A DNA stretch of 64,000 nucleotides from an uncultured delta proteobacterium (GTDB taxonomy: Bacteria > Chloroflexota > Dehalococcoidia > Dehalococcoidales > BS750m-G39): positions 78,707 through 142,706 of the forward strand of contig CAVTZP010000005.1 of assembly GCA_963739245.1 (NCBI GenBank). The letters are read 5' to 3'. The position numbers and the translations under genes were made by a program. Positions 1 to 9,088 of this stretch are shown one piece after another. The notes under the pieces were generated by a model. It was given only the letters and a program-made list of their open reading frames with translations, had not been told where the DNA came from and did no database searches. Each line of letters starts with the position of its first letter. Position 1 is the first letter of the stretch.

Positions 1-226
1 TATGCCCGCCACGACATTGCTTCTGTTCTAGCTGATGGTGGCAGAGCTTACCTCCCAGGCGGAGCCGCTCTAGCAGCTGCGGGTTATCGAAGAACGTAAT
101 GGCTCCGCAACTCAGGCAATGCCCCATATAGCCTCTTTCCAGCTCGAAAATACGGGCTTTTGCCCCGCACGGGCAATCCAGTGAAAACTCCGTTGACCTT
201 TTCTTTGTCGACTTCTTTCTTGCCAT
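1..226 (-). CDS. Small Cys-rich (putative Zn-binding) protein of the inserted element, partial (runs off left edge)
   Basis: Not in the ORF track. Manual translation MARKKSTKKRSTEFSLDCPCGAKARIFELERGYMGHCLSCGAITFF... with CPC/CxxC motifs; GAGGA upstream; follows 235..1266 in the same orientation. Confidence 0.65.
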   Translation of the reverse strand, partial: MARKKSTKKRSTEFSLDCPCGAKARIFELERGYMGHCLSCGAITFFDNPQLLERLRLGGKLCHHQLEQKQCRGGH

Positions 227-234
227 CTCAATCC

Positions 235-1266
235 TCATGGCAACAGCTTAAGTGCGGTGCCAGATGGCTGAGCCACAGTTGCATAAGCATTCTTGTCAGC
301 CTCGACAAGGACAAGGCCACACCAGGGGCACTTATAGATACTACTCGGTACGTTGCCTGGGCGAAGGACCCAGAATAGAGCGCCGCACCACAGACAGTGG
401 TGAAAGGTTAGCTGGTCGCTGGTGCCCAGATACTCGATAAGTGATCGCAGATGCACATAGCGATGGTAAAAGCCTACCAGTTCTCCTTTCTCCGCTATCT
501 CTGTTTTTAGTTGGGATAAGACCATTTCGTGCTGGGCCCGCTCCTCCCTCAAGCGGGACAGGATGCCATCGAGATTGCGCCGGTTTTCGCCGAGGGTCTT
601 GATGTCAGTTTCAAGTGCGGCCAGATAGCCGGTAAGTTTCCCATGTTTCTTCAGTGCCTCAGCTAGCCTTTCGCGAGCATTCGTGTAGCCAGCAAACTCT
701 GCGGCCATACCAAGAGTCAGCTCAAGGCTGAAACCATGTCTTGTCACTTTCGCCTTTACTTGCCCGGCAACGGCGATCTCTGCTTCGGTAACATCAGCCT
801 TCCGGCGATATTCGGCCAGCTCTTCATCAATACGCTTCCTTTCCTTGGCTGCCTTGTTCTTGAAAGCTGCGAGCTCCTTTTCCTCCCTTTCCCAATCCTG
901 CTTCACCTTGCGCAGTTGTTCTGTGGCATACTCGGTTGCCTTTACTGCTTCTCGATATTTCTCTTCCGTTTCCTTAGCTCGGTTTTGTAGTGTTTCGAGT
1001 TCCAAGCGTTGAGCGGCAACCCTTCGCTCCAGTTTCTCATTCTCTTGCAATAGCTGATTGTGCATCTCTAGAGCTTGGCTCAAAGACACACCCTTTTCCC
1101 TTTCCAGCTTTACGAGGCCATTTACAGCTTCGAGATAACCGGAGTCTGCGAGCCGTGTCTGAAGTTCGACCAGACTTTGAAGCTGCTTTTCGCTAAATCC
1201 GGGGTTGAAGGCTCGGGCTGACCTTATAACCTCTTTTAGTTCTTCCGGTGTGAATTCGTGTGTCAT
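235..1266 (-). CDS. Coiled-coil protein with C-terminal Zn-ribbon (CLWC...CPWC)
   Basis: 343 aa, long E/K/R-rich helical region, two C-terminal CxxC pairs; ATGA overlap with upstream gene. Confidence 0.7.
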   Translation of the reverse strand: MTHEFTPEELKEVIRSARAFNPGFSEKQLQSLVELQTRLADSGYLEAVNGLVKLEREKGVSLSQALEMHNQLLQENEKLERRVAAQRLELETLQNRAKETEEKYREAVKATEYATEQLRKVKQDWEREEKELAAFKNKAAKERKRIDEELAEYRRKADVTEAEIAVAGQVKAKVTRHGFSLELTLGMAAEFAGYTNARERLAEALKKHGKLTGYLAALETDIKTLGENRRNLDGILSRLREERAQHEMVLSQLKTEIAEKGELVGFYHRYVHLRSLIEYLGTSDQLTFHHCLWCGALFWVLRPGNVPSSIYKCPWCGLVLVEADKNAYATVAQPSGTALKLLP

Positions 1267-2090
1267 CGTTGTCCTCCGTTAGCCACGTTTTGCAGGATCA
1301 TTCGTATCGCCTCCTCAAGCGTCTGGTTGGCTCTTAGATATGGCATTGCACGGTCAACCATCTCTTTAGCCTCGCTTGCCGGATATGCCATTGCTTTCAG
1401 AGCGTTGAGCAGTTGCTCGTAGGTCCATCGCTGTTCGCCAAGTGGCAGGTCCCCGGCAGTGACCATAAACTGCATACCGAGCAAAGCACCAACTATTAAA
1501 GGGGCTATACTCCTTCCCTGGGAGCCAAAATCGCTAAGCCATGCGGCCACGGATTTACGCCTTAACGTATCTGAGACTCGGCTAACAAGATCATCGGGAA
1601 GTACCACCGGCTTGAATCCGGGTACTTCCCAGGTCGTGCGACCAGCACTTCTTGCTAGCACGACAAATCGACTCAGGTCATCATCGAGAATGGCCTGGAG
1701 GAGGACAAGGGGGATAACCAGCATTTCCGGCTTCCCAATTGGACCAACTAGCGCCGCTGGATAACAACGGTCGCCGGTTTCCACTTCTCCTGCTGCCACC
1801 AGGTACATCTTGAGGTCAATTGTGATGTGTGGAGTACCCCGGGTATCGTAGCCAAGATTAGGAACGGCGATATACCACCGTGTCCCATCCCAGGTTGGAT
1901 TTTCCCGATACCTGCCTCGAATCGCGGTTGTAATATCCTTCTCAGCTTCGGAACGTTGCTTAGTGACGTCTATGGCCGACTTAAATAGGTCAGCGACAGA
2001 AGACCGCATATCATCCGTCCCAGAATCGCGAAAAGCCAAATCAGCAGCTTCTCTGAAGTCTTTTATTTGTCTACCATGTAAGACCTTCAT
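1263..2090 (-). CDS. Hypothetical protein with RuvA C-terminal (domain III)-like tail
   Basis: 275 aa; C-terminal YEQLLNALKAMAYPASEAKEMV...TLEEAIRMIL resembles RuvA_C; GAAGGTGA RBS. Confidence 0.6.
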   Translation of the reverse strand: MKVLHGRQIKDFREAADLAFRDSGTDDMRSSVADLFKSAIDVTKQRSEAEKDITTAIRGRYRENPTWDGTRWYIAVPNLGYDTRGTPHITIDLKMYLVAAGEVETGDRCYPAALVGPIGKPEMLVIPLVLLQAILDDDLSRFVVLARSAGRTTWEVPGFKPVVLPDDLVSRVSDTLRRKSVAAWLSDFGSQGRSIAPLIVGALLGMQFMVTAGDLPLGEQRWTYEQLLNALKAMAYPASEAKEMVDRAMPYLRANQTLEEAIRMILQNVANGGQR

Positions 2091-2199
2091 TCACCTTCAC
2101 GTCCCGCTTTGCCAATGGCACTGGCAACTGCACTCAATTCCTCCAAATGGTTGGTGAGCATGAGTTGTATAAACTCAGAGGTTCTCAGGGCTTCTGTCC

Positions 2200-2964
2200 C
2201 CTAACCTTAGAGAGCCAAAGAGGTTCTGGGGTATATCTGACCTGTCGCAGATTATGGAGTCGCAGCGGGAGCTTAACCGGGCAGTGTCACAGCTATCCCG
2301 GATATTGGAGCTATCGGGTAACCCTATTGCCGTGCTGGAGAATGTGGAAGAGGCTGAGGATATTGCCGTCAAACCGGGGGCGGTGTGGACTATCCCCGAG
2401 GATGCTAAAGCCTATCTCCTTGACCTGCTACAGGGTGGTGGGGTCGGGCTGCACATAGATTATATCAACCTATTATATAGAATCCTGCACGATATATCTG
2501 AATCCCCCCGGGCCGCCTTTGGTGGCACCGAGAGGGACCTATCCGGGGTAGCCCTTGAGATTGAGCTTAACCCGCTGCTGCAGAAGGTGAGGCGAAAGCG
2601 GATTATCCGGACTGCCGTCTATAACCGGAGAAACCGGATGATTCTTAACCTTCTGGAGCAGTACCACGGGGAAAGCTTCGGTGAAAACCGCTTGCGGGTA
2701 ATCTGGAGTCCGGTACTACCCCAGGATTTAAGCCGGCTAATTTCTAATGAGCAGACACTGGTTCAGAGTGGTATTCATTCCCGGCGTGGGGCTATGGAAG
2801 AGGTGGGGATTGAGGACCCGGAGAACGAGTTTAAGCGGTGGTTGGAGGAGAGGGAGACAATTCTCAAAATGAATAAGCAGCTTAACGCTAAGTCAGCTCG
2901 AGGCGGAGAGGGAGGGAGAGCTTTAGCCACCGAGGCTGGAGGCGTTGAGGAATCTCCATCATAA
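2200..2964 (+). pseudogene. Phage portal protein, 3' portion only (interrupted)
   Basis: Frame reads PNLREPKRFWGISDLSQIMESQRELN...DLSGVALEIEL...VIWSPVLPQD, portal-like; too short for a full portal; directly upstream of scaffold and capsid. Confidence 0.75.
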
Positions 2965-2975
2965 GGAGGTGAAGA

Positions 2976-3476
2976 TTGCCGGATAAGAATAATCAACCCC
3001 AAAATCCCGCCGGGGAGGAGCTGGAAAGTGCCGCGACTAGGGTCGTGGAGCTTGAGGAGCTTGTCGCCAGCAAAGAGAGGGAGCTTGCGGTCAAGGACTT
3101 GCGTATCTCTGAGCTTGAGCCAGCAGTAGCTAGTCGGGATGACCAGATTGTTGCCCTCAAGCAGTCCTTAGCTGAGCTGGGGGGGAGGTTGTCTGAGTTG
3201 GAGAGCAGGTTATCGCAGGCGGTATCAAGCTACCGGGCTCTGGTAGTCAAATCAAACCCCGCCGTGCCTGAGGAGCTGATAACCGGGGACAGCATTGAGG
3301 AGATTGACCACTCTCTAGCCAGTGCCCAGGTCCTTGTTGATAGGGTAAGGCAGGGGCTGGGGGCTGAAATCGCCGCGGCAAAAATCCCGGCGGGGGCGCC
3401 ACTACGGACGCCGCTGGACTTCTCGGCGCTGTCCCCCAAAGAAAAGATTCAATATGCAATAGGAGAAAGGAGATAA
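2976..3476 (+). CDS. Putative capsid scaffolding protein
   Basis: Coiled-coil 166 aa between portal and capsid; AGGAGGTG RBS with TTG start. Confidence 0.65.
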   Translation: MPDKNNQPQNPAGEELESAATRVVELEELVASKERELAVKDLRISELEPAVASRDDQIVALKQSLAELGGRLSELESRLSQAVSSYRALVVKSNPAVPEELITGDSIEEIDHSLASAQVLVDRVRQGLGAEIAAAKIPAGAPLRTPLDFSALSPKEKIQYAIGERR

Positions 3477-3480
3477 AAAA

Positions 3481-4401
3481 GTGGCATTAACATTGAATGA
3501 GGCAGCCAAGCTGTCAAACGATATGCTTCTGCAAGGGGTGGTGGAGACCATAGTCAGGGACTCGCCCATCCTTCAGCAACTATCCTTCATTGAGATTGTA
3601 GGCAATGTCCTGACCTATAACCAGGAAAAGACCCTGCCCAGCATAGATTTCTATGATGTCGGTGACACCTGGGCTGAGTCCACCCCCACCTTTGAGCAGA
3701 AAACGGCAAGCCTGAAGATTATGGGTGGTGATGCCGATGTTGATAACTTCCTTAAGGCGACCAGGAGCAATATCCAGGACCTGGAGGCCGCCGTGGTTGA
3801 GCTCAAGGCTAAGGCACTCAAGGATAAGTTTGAGGATACCTTTATCTACGGCGATTCCGCCGCCAGCGCCAAGCAGTTTGATGGCCTGAAGAAGCTCATT
3901 GATACCACCACCGCCAGCCCCCAGGTAATTGCTATGGGGCCAACCGGGGCTACCCTTACCCTGGCGAAGCTGGATGAGCTTATTGATGCCGTAAAGGGCG
4001 GTAAGCCCGCCCTGCTGCTGATGAGCCGGCGCTCAAGACGCAAGCTCAATGCCCTGGTCAGGGCCGCTGGTGGCATGATTGAGACCGATAGAGACAACTG
4101 GGGTAACTTTATCCAGTTGTGGGACGGCATCCCCATCGGCGTCAATGACTGGATACTGGATACCCATGTCCTTACCGATAGTGTGGAGACGGCAACCACC
4201 GGGGGCACCTGCTCCACTATCTATGCCTTCCAGATGGGCGAGGGGGCGCTATGCGGCTTGACCAGCCCCGGTCACATCACTGTTGAGCCAATCGGCTCGC
4301 TGGAGACCAAGGACGCATCACGGACCAGGATTAAGTGGTACTGCTCGCTGGCCCTGTTCAGCTCAATCAAGGCCGCCGCTTTAATCGGGGTTCAAGACTA
4401 A
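3481..4401 (+). CDS. Phage major capsid protein (HK97-fold likely)
   Basis: 306 aa, MALTLNEAAKLS...GGDADVDNFL...FIYGD...FDGL motifs typical of capsid proteins; gene order portal-scaffold-capsid. Confidence 0.85.
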   Translation: MALTLNEAAKLSNDMLLQGVVETIVRDSPILQQLSFIEIVGNVLTYNQEKTLPSIDFYDVGDTWAESTPTFEQKTASLKIMGGDADVDNFLKATRSNIQDLEAAVVELKAKALKDKFEDTFIYGDSAASAKQFDGLKKLIDTTTASPQVIAMGPTGATLTLAKLDELIDAVKGGKPALLLMSRRSRRKLNALVRAAGGMIETDRDNWGNFIQLWDGIPIGVNDWILDTHVLTDSVETATTGGTCSTIYAFQMGEGALCGLTSPGHITVEPIGSLETKDASRTRIKWYCSLALFSSIKAAALIGVQD

Positions 4402-4415
4402 AACTAGCCAATTTT

Positions 4416-4443
4416 GGGGAGCCCTTCGGCTGAAGGGCTCCCC
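4416..4443 (+). terminator. Perfect 12-bp hairpin after capsid gene (terminator or mRNA stabiliser)
   Basis: GGGGAGCCCTTC-GGCT-GAAGGGCTCCCC; no U-tract. Confidence 0.55.
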
Positions 4444-4457
4444 CGGAGGAGAGAAAA

Positions 4458-4983
4458 ATGGAAAATAAGATGGAAAATAAGGATGTAGCTCAGTGGATTT
4501 GTCGCTATCGGCTGGAGAAGAGAGAGGGCGATATCAATGCCTGTCAGTCGCCAGAGGAAAGGCTCGCCTTTTTGGAAAATATCAAGCCTTATGAGGTGAT
4601 TGAGGGCGAGGGTAACTGCCTGCTTAATACTGGCATTGATGAGATGTGGGACCTGATCGCTGGTGACTCGGCTAACCACTTTAATAATGCCAATGCCCAG
4701 ATTGGCGTTGGTGATTCCAATACTGCGGCTAATGCCACCCAGACCGATTTACAGGCAGCGACTAACAAGACCTACAAGGGTATGGAGACCGGCTATCCCA
4801 CCTCTACTTCTCAAAAGGCGACCTTTAAGGCTAGCTTCGGTGCTTCTGATGCTAACTATACCTGGAATGAGTGGGTGGTGAAGCAGGCGACCAGTGGCAA
4901 GTGTCTTAACCGGAAGGTTGACGCCTTGGGGACAAAATCAAGCTGGCACCTGGACTTTAGAGGTTAGCATTACTTTGAGCTAA
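4458..4983 (+). CDS. Virion structural protein, apparent frameshift near 4940
   Basis: NCLLNTGIDEMW..IGVGD..WNEW motifs; removing one base gives C-terminus GTKSAGTWTLEVSITLS* ending at 4983. Confidence 0.6.
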
Positions 4984-5013
4984 TAGTAAGTAGCCAAGAC
5001 ATAAGGAGAGTAA

Positions 5014-5812
5014 ATGGCGACTAAATTAGTCGGTGCTGATGATGTTGCTCAAACTGGTAATGAAGGCGCAAATTACTTTCTCCTCTGTAAGTTTACTGCT
5101 GTAGCCTCAGGGACCATGACCGAGTTTAGAGTAAAGTCAGCGGTTGCTGGTAATGTTAAATGCGCTATCTATGCTGATAACGCCGGAGAACCCGGAGCTT
5201 TAATTACTAGTATGAACACCGGGCAAGCAGTAACCGGTAGTGGCTGGGAGACGTTAACCTTCACCCCAACCTCTATAACCAATGGTGTTGCTTACTGGCT
5301 TGCCGTCTGCTTTGATACAGCAGGAGCAGTTACTTATAAAAATAGTGGTGGCGGCACACCCTATAGAACGAAAACAGCAACCTATTCCTCTTTTACTTTC
5401 CCCGACCCAGCAGGTTCAGGTTTTACTAGCTACAACAATTTCTATGACATAGAAGCAGGCTGGGAAGCAGCCACTGCCAAGACCTCATCGGATACTGGCT
5501 CTGGTGCTGATGCCTATGTCTCGCTGGAAACCGGCGAAGCTAAGACCTCATCCGATGCCGGCTCCGGTGTAGATGGCACACCAGTGCCGAGTGCGAGCTT
5601 GGCTGGCAGTGAAACCGGCTCCAGTATTGACGCCATTATTGCCCGGTTACTGGCTGCCTTTGACACTGGCGGTGGTGTTGAAGCCGCTAGTATTGAAGTT
5701 GGGGAGCTGTTCCAGGAGCTGTTTGCCAGCTGAACTGGGGCAGGGCTCCGATTCCCTTGCCGCCAAGATAGAAATGCCAACCAAGGGGGGAGGTATGAAA
5801 TTATGGACCTAA
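5014..5812 (+). CDS. Putative virion fibre/decoration protein (beta-rich N-domain plus SDxGxGxD repeats), apparent frameshift near 5730
   Basis: ORF 5014..5733 continues in the shifted frame ELGQGSDSLAAKIEMPTKGGGMKLWT* to 5812, overlapping the next start; DUF4082-like AIYADNAGEPG...YWLAV segment. Confidence 0.55.
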
Positions 5813-6396
5813 ACACAATGAGAAGTATTATCCGGCGCGACCTGAAGGATGAGGACCCGTCAAACTACCGCTGGAGCGATGATGAGCTGGATAGGCACAT
5901 CGCCCACGCGGTAAAGGAGTTCTCGGAAGCGGTGCCTCTGCCGGCAAAAGCCACCCTGCCCACCACCCCGGGCTCCAGGGTGATTGATATATCATCCCTC
6001 ACCGATAGGGTTATGGTGGAGGCGGTGGAGTATCCGGTAGATAAGTTCCCGCCCGGCTACCAGAGGTTTGCTCTCTGGGGGCATGCCCTGACCCTTTTTG
6101 GCGATGAAGTCCCCGATGGCTCTAACTGCATTGTCTATTACGGTATGCTCCATACCCTTGATACTCAGGGGTCTACCATCCCCACCAAGCACGAGGACTT
6201 GATTGCTATCGGCGCCGAGGGCTATGCCGCTGTGGAGTGGGCGAGCTATGCCATCAACAGGGTTAGCCTCGGTGGCACCACAACCCCGGGGGAGTTCCTC
6301 AACTGGGGCAATGAGAAACTAAATCAGTTTAGAAGCGAGCTAAAGAGACTGGGGAGAAGAAACCTGGTCAGAATTCGCCAGCTCTACAAGATGTAA
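5803..6396 (+). CDS. Putative head-tail adaptor/connector protein
   Basis: 197 aa, RRDLKD...YRWSDDELDRHI motif typical of adaptor proteins; position in structural cluster. Confidence 0.6.
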   Translation: MDLNTMRSIIRRDLKDEDPSNYRWSDDELDRHIAHAVKEFSEAVPLPAKATLPTTPGSRVIDISSLTDRVMVEAVEYPVDKFPPGYQRFALWGHALTLFGDEVPDGSNCIVYYGMLHTLDTQGSTIPTKHEDLIAIGAEGYAAVEWASYAINRVSLGGTTTPGEFLNWGNEKLNQFRSELKRLGRRNLVRIRQLYKM

Positions 6397-6412
6397 AGGA
6401 GGTTAAAGAAAA

Positions 6413-6562
6413 ATGATAGAACGACTGTACAAGTGGCTTTGGACTAGGATAGGTGGCCGACCCTGGACTTATATTATCCGGGATAACCAGAGGCAATATC
6501 CTCTGTTCTGGCTTCTTCTGTTTGGTGCCCTCGGCATTTTGCTCGGTCACCTGTTCTGGTGA
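6413..6562 (+). CDS. Small membrane protein (49 aa), possible holin-like
   Basis: Not in ORF track. MIERLYKWLWTRIGGRPWTYIIRDNQRQYPLFWLLLFGALGILLGHLFW*; AAGGAGGT RBS. Confidence 0.65.
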   Translation: MIERLYKWLWTRIGGRPWTYIIRDNQRQYPLFWLLLFGALGILLGHLFW

Positions 6563-6578
6563 AGTCTAAAGGAGCTAA

Positions 6579-8581
6579 ATGAGGCAGCTTAGTTCAACAT
6601 TGCTTGCCGCTCAGCAGCAGGCGACCGGTGCCCCCTATGTCAGGGTGGAGGCATCAAATAGGCACGCCGGGGTGGTCAACCTGCGGTGGGCAAGGCTTTA
6701 TACCGGCGCGGAGGATGATTACTTTCACGCTGTGGCCATGCCCGGGGATGGCTCCCTAATCAGGGTCAGGATAACACCCCCGGCTGACTCCAGGAAGCTG
6801 TATCGCCAGAGGGTGGCCAGCCCCAACCCCCAGTCCGATTTCAGCCAGTGGGCCTACACCAACCAGTATGACGTTGTTACTGTGGCTGGCTGCTGTCTCG
6901 GGGCTGAGGTCTCTATCTTCTGGATTAAGAGCGACCGGAAGGTCTACCAGCTAAAGAGCACCGACTACGGGGTTAGCTGGGGAAGCCCCCAGCTCCTTGG
7001 CTATACCCCCACCACCGCCATCAATGGCATTGCTGCCTCGTATAAGCCGAACGGCGATATTGCCCTGTTCTTTGCTGACCAGGCAACCCTCTATGTAATG
7101 AAGCGAATAGGTGGTAGCTGGGGGGATAAGGTCGCCTGGAACAAGTCAACCGGCGACCTGTCAGGTGTTGCTGCCGTTTATGGTGGCGATTGGAACCTTT
7201 TTATTACCGGGAAGGATTCTAACGGTAATTTCAAACTTTGGTCGCTGGTTTATGGTGACGGTGGGGATGTCGCTGCTGGCACCTGGTCGGAGCTGAAGGA
7301 GTTTGCCTCAGCCCCGTCAGATGGCAGCTTTGAGTACCGGGCGGCGTTTATGGATAAGCCCGATGTCTATCGCTGCTTCTTTGTTGAGAAGTTTAGCGGA
7401 ACCACGTCGTACAGCCGCCCCTTCTGGTCGCACTCAGTGTTGGATGCTAAGTTTATTGACAACCCGTGGCATGAGCCAGTACCGTTCAACCTTTCCTGCC
7501 AGTATGGCATGGCTATCGCCCACCACGGCGAGTATTGCTGGCTATCTACCCCCTATGGCGTGTGGCGGGCTAAGCTGACCCCCGAGAGCCTGGACTTGTC
7601 TGCCGACGTCCTGTCATTAAGGCAGGAGCTCACCTCAAACAGAGGTAGTCTTACTGTTGAACTCAGAAACGATGATGGCCGGTATGCGGCACCAGGACAG
7701 GGTGACCTTTCCGTCCTTGACATCGGCGGTCAGCTTGAGCTTAGCCCGGGCTATGTTACCTCTCAGGGGAGTGAGACGAGCTCAGGACTTATCTTTACCC
7801 TCAACGCCTATGAGCATACCAGCTCCGGTGGTAAGGCGAGCCTGATTCTCCATGCCTCAGACGGCTGGAGCCTGATTGAAAGCTGGAGAGCCAGGCACCA
7901 GTTCCGCTGGAATAAGCAGAGTAATGAGCTGAGCGTTAAACAGCTCCTTCAGTTTGTGCTGGCCAGGGTCGGGCTGGGCTTGAGACAAAATCCCAGTCGG
8001 CGGTGTTAACCGGCTACTACCCCGATTTCACCATCAACCCCAATAATAGCGGTGACAGCGTTATCAGCCGCCTGCTGTCCTTCGTCCCTGATACTTTATT
8101 TATTGAGGGCAACAAGGCCTACGTGGTAAACCCGCAAGCATCGGATAGCTCCGTCTATAGCTATGGTTCCTCTCATTATATTCTGGATGGCAGGTATAGA
8201 GAGGCGGCTCAGGAGCTTAACCGAGTCCAGGTTGAGGGTTATGACCCGACGCAGAGCAAGGCGATTGTGGTTGACTGTTTCGCCTGGGACCAAATAGAGC
8301 GGCTCTATGACCGGCTGAGGCAACTTGAGGATAAGAATATAGATACTGTAACTAAGGCGGAGCAGAGGGGGGAGGCTTATCTAAGACGGGCGGAGGTGGC
8401 ATCGGTTAATGGTTCCATCCTCATCCCGGTTAATTGCGGCCAGCAGCTATATGATGTTATTGACATCACCGATAGCCGGGCCGGTCTTGATGCCGCCAAG
8501 CGGCGGGTGCTCGGGCTGGCCCTGGTTTATAGTCCCAAAAGCGGGGAGTACCAGCAAAGGTTATTGCTCGGCGGGGTATAG
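6579..8581 (+). CDS. Large tail/baseplate-hub-like protein, split by apparent frameshift near 7976
   Basis: ORFs 6579..8009 and 8003..8581 join as ...ARVGLxLETKSQSAVLTGYYPDF with one added base; Asp-box-like STDYGVSW; hub-like C-terminus. Confidence 0.6.
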
Positions 8582-8594
8582 AAATTGTTTATCT

Positions 8595-8729
8595 ACCTCA
8601 CCCCCTTAATCCCCCTCTCCTTTAAAGGAGAGGGGGAGGAATAAAAAAGAGGGGGGGGCGAAGCCCCCCTCTTAAAACTACTTCCCCCTTCCCCTCTAGG
8701 GGAAGGGGGTCAGGGGGATGGGGTTACCA
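8595..8729 (-). repeat. GC-rich multi-hairpin intergenic repeat (REP/MITE-like), copy 1
   Basis: ACCTCACCCCC end, hairpins CCCCCTCTCC..GGAGAGGGGG, AAGAGGGG..CCCCTCTT and CCCCCTTCCCC..GGGGAAGGGGG. Confidence 0.85.
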
Positions 8730-8814
8730 CCTAAAGCAGGTTCCCTGAAAATCAAAGATTCTTAAGGGTGCATAAAAGCGATAGGGTTATAAGAATATTT
8801 AAGGGGAGACTGAA

Positions 8815-9027
8815 ATGAGGCTGAGGAAAGCAGTGCTGAAGGGTTTCAACTCCGGGGACTATACCGCCACCGTCCAGGTTGCTGGCAGCTATAAGGTCTA
8901 TCTGGAGGGTATTTCTGTGGCGCGGAATCTGCCCGCCGCCGAGATGGCGCTGGGCAGAAAGGTAGCGGTTATATTCTTTGACGAGAATAACGCCAAAGAC
9001 GCCGTTGTTATCGCCGTTTATACTTAA
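8815..9027 (+). CDS. Small phage-cluster protein (possible OB-fold spike-like)
   Basis: 70 aa, beta-rich, last gene of structural cluster; AAGGGGAG RBS. Confidence 0.55.
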   Translation: MRLRKAVLKGFNSGDYTATVQVAGSYKVYLEGISVARNLPAAEMALGRKVAVIFFDENNAKDAVVIAVYT

Positions 9028-9088
9028 TCTGTGCCGAGAGAGAGCTGCCGCGCTGGTAAAAACAGGCTAGCTAAAGTGAGTGCCAGCA

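Larger units (their letters stand above)
1..2199. mobile_element. Right end of an integrated element that interrupts the portal gene
   Basis: Three unknown minus-strand genes abut a 5'-truncated portal frame; portal-like sequence stops at ~2200 and an in-frame TAA lies at 2170. Confidence 0.55.

Noticed and set aside
3481-4401. Capsid gene as an encapsulin nanocompartment
   Set aside because: It is flanked by portal, scaffold, adaptor and tail-like genes rather than a cargo enzyme
4930-5740. Programmed ribosomal frameshifts in virion genes
   Set aside because: No slippery heptamer at either site; similar single-base insertions occur in ribD and the deacetylase, so error or mutation is more likely
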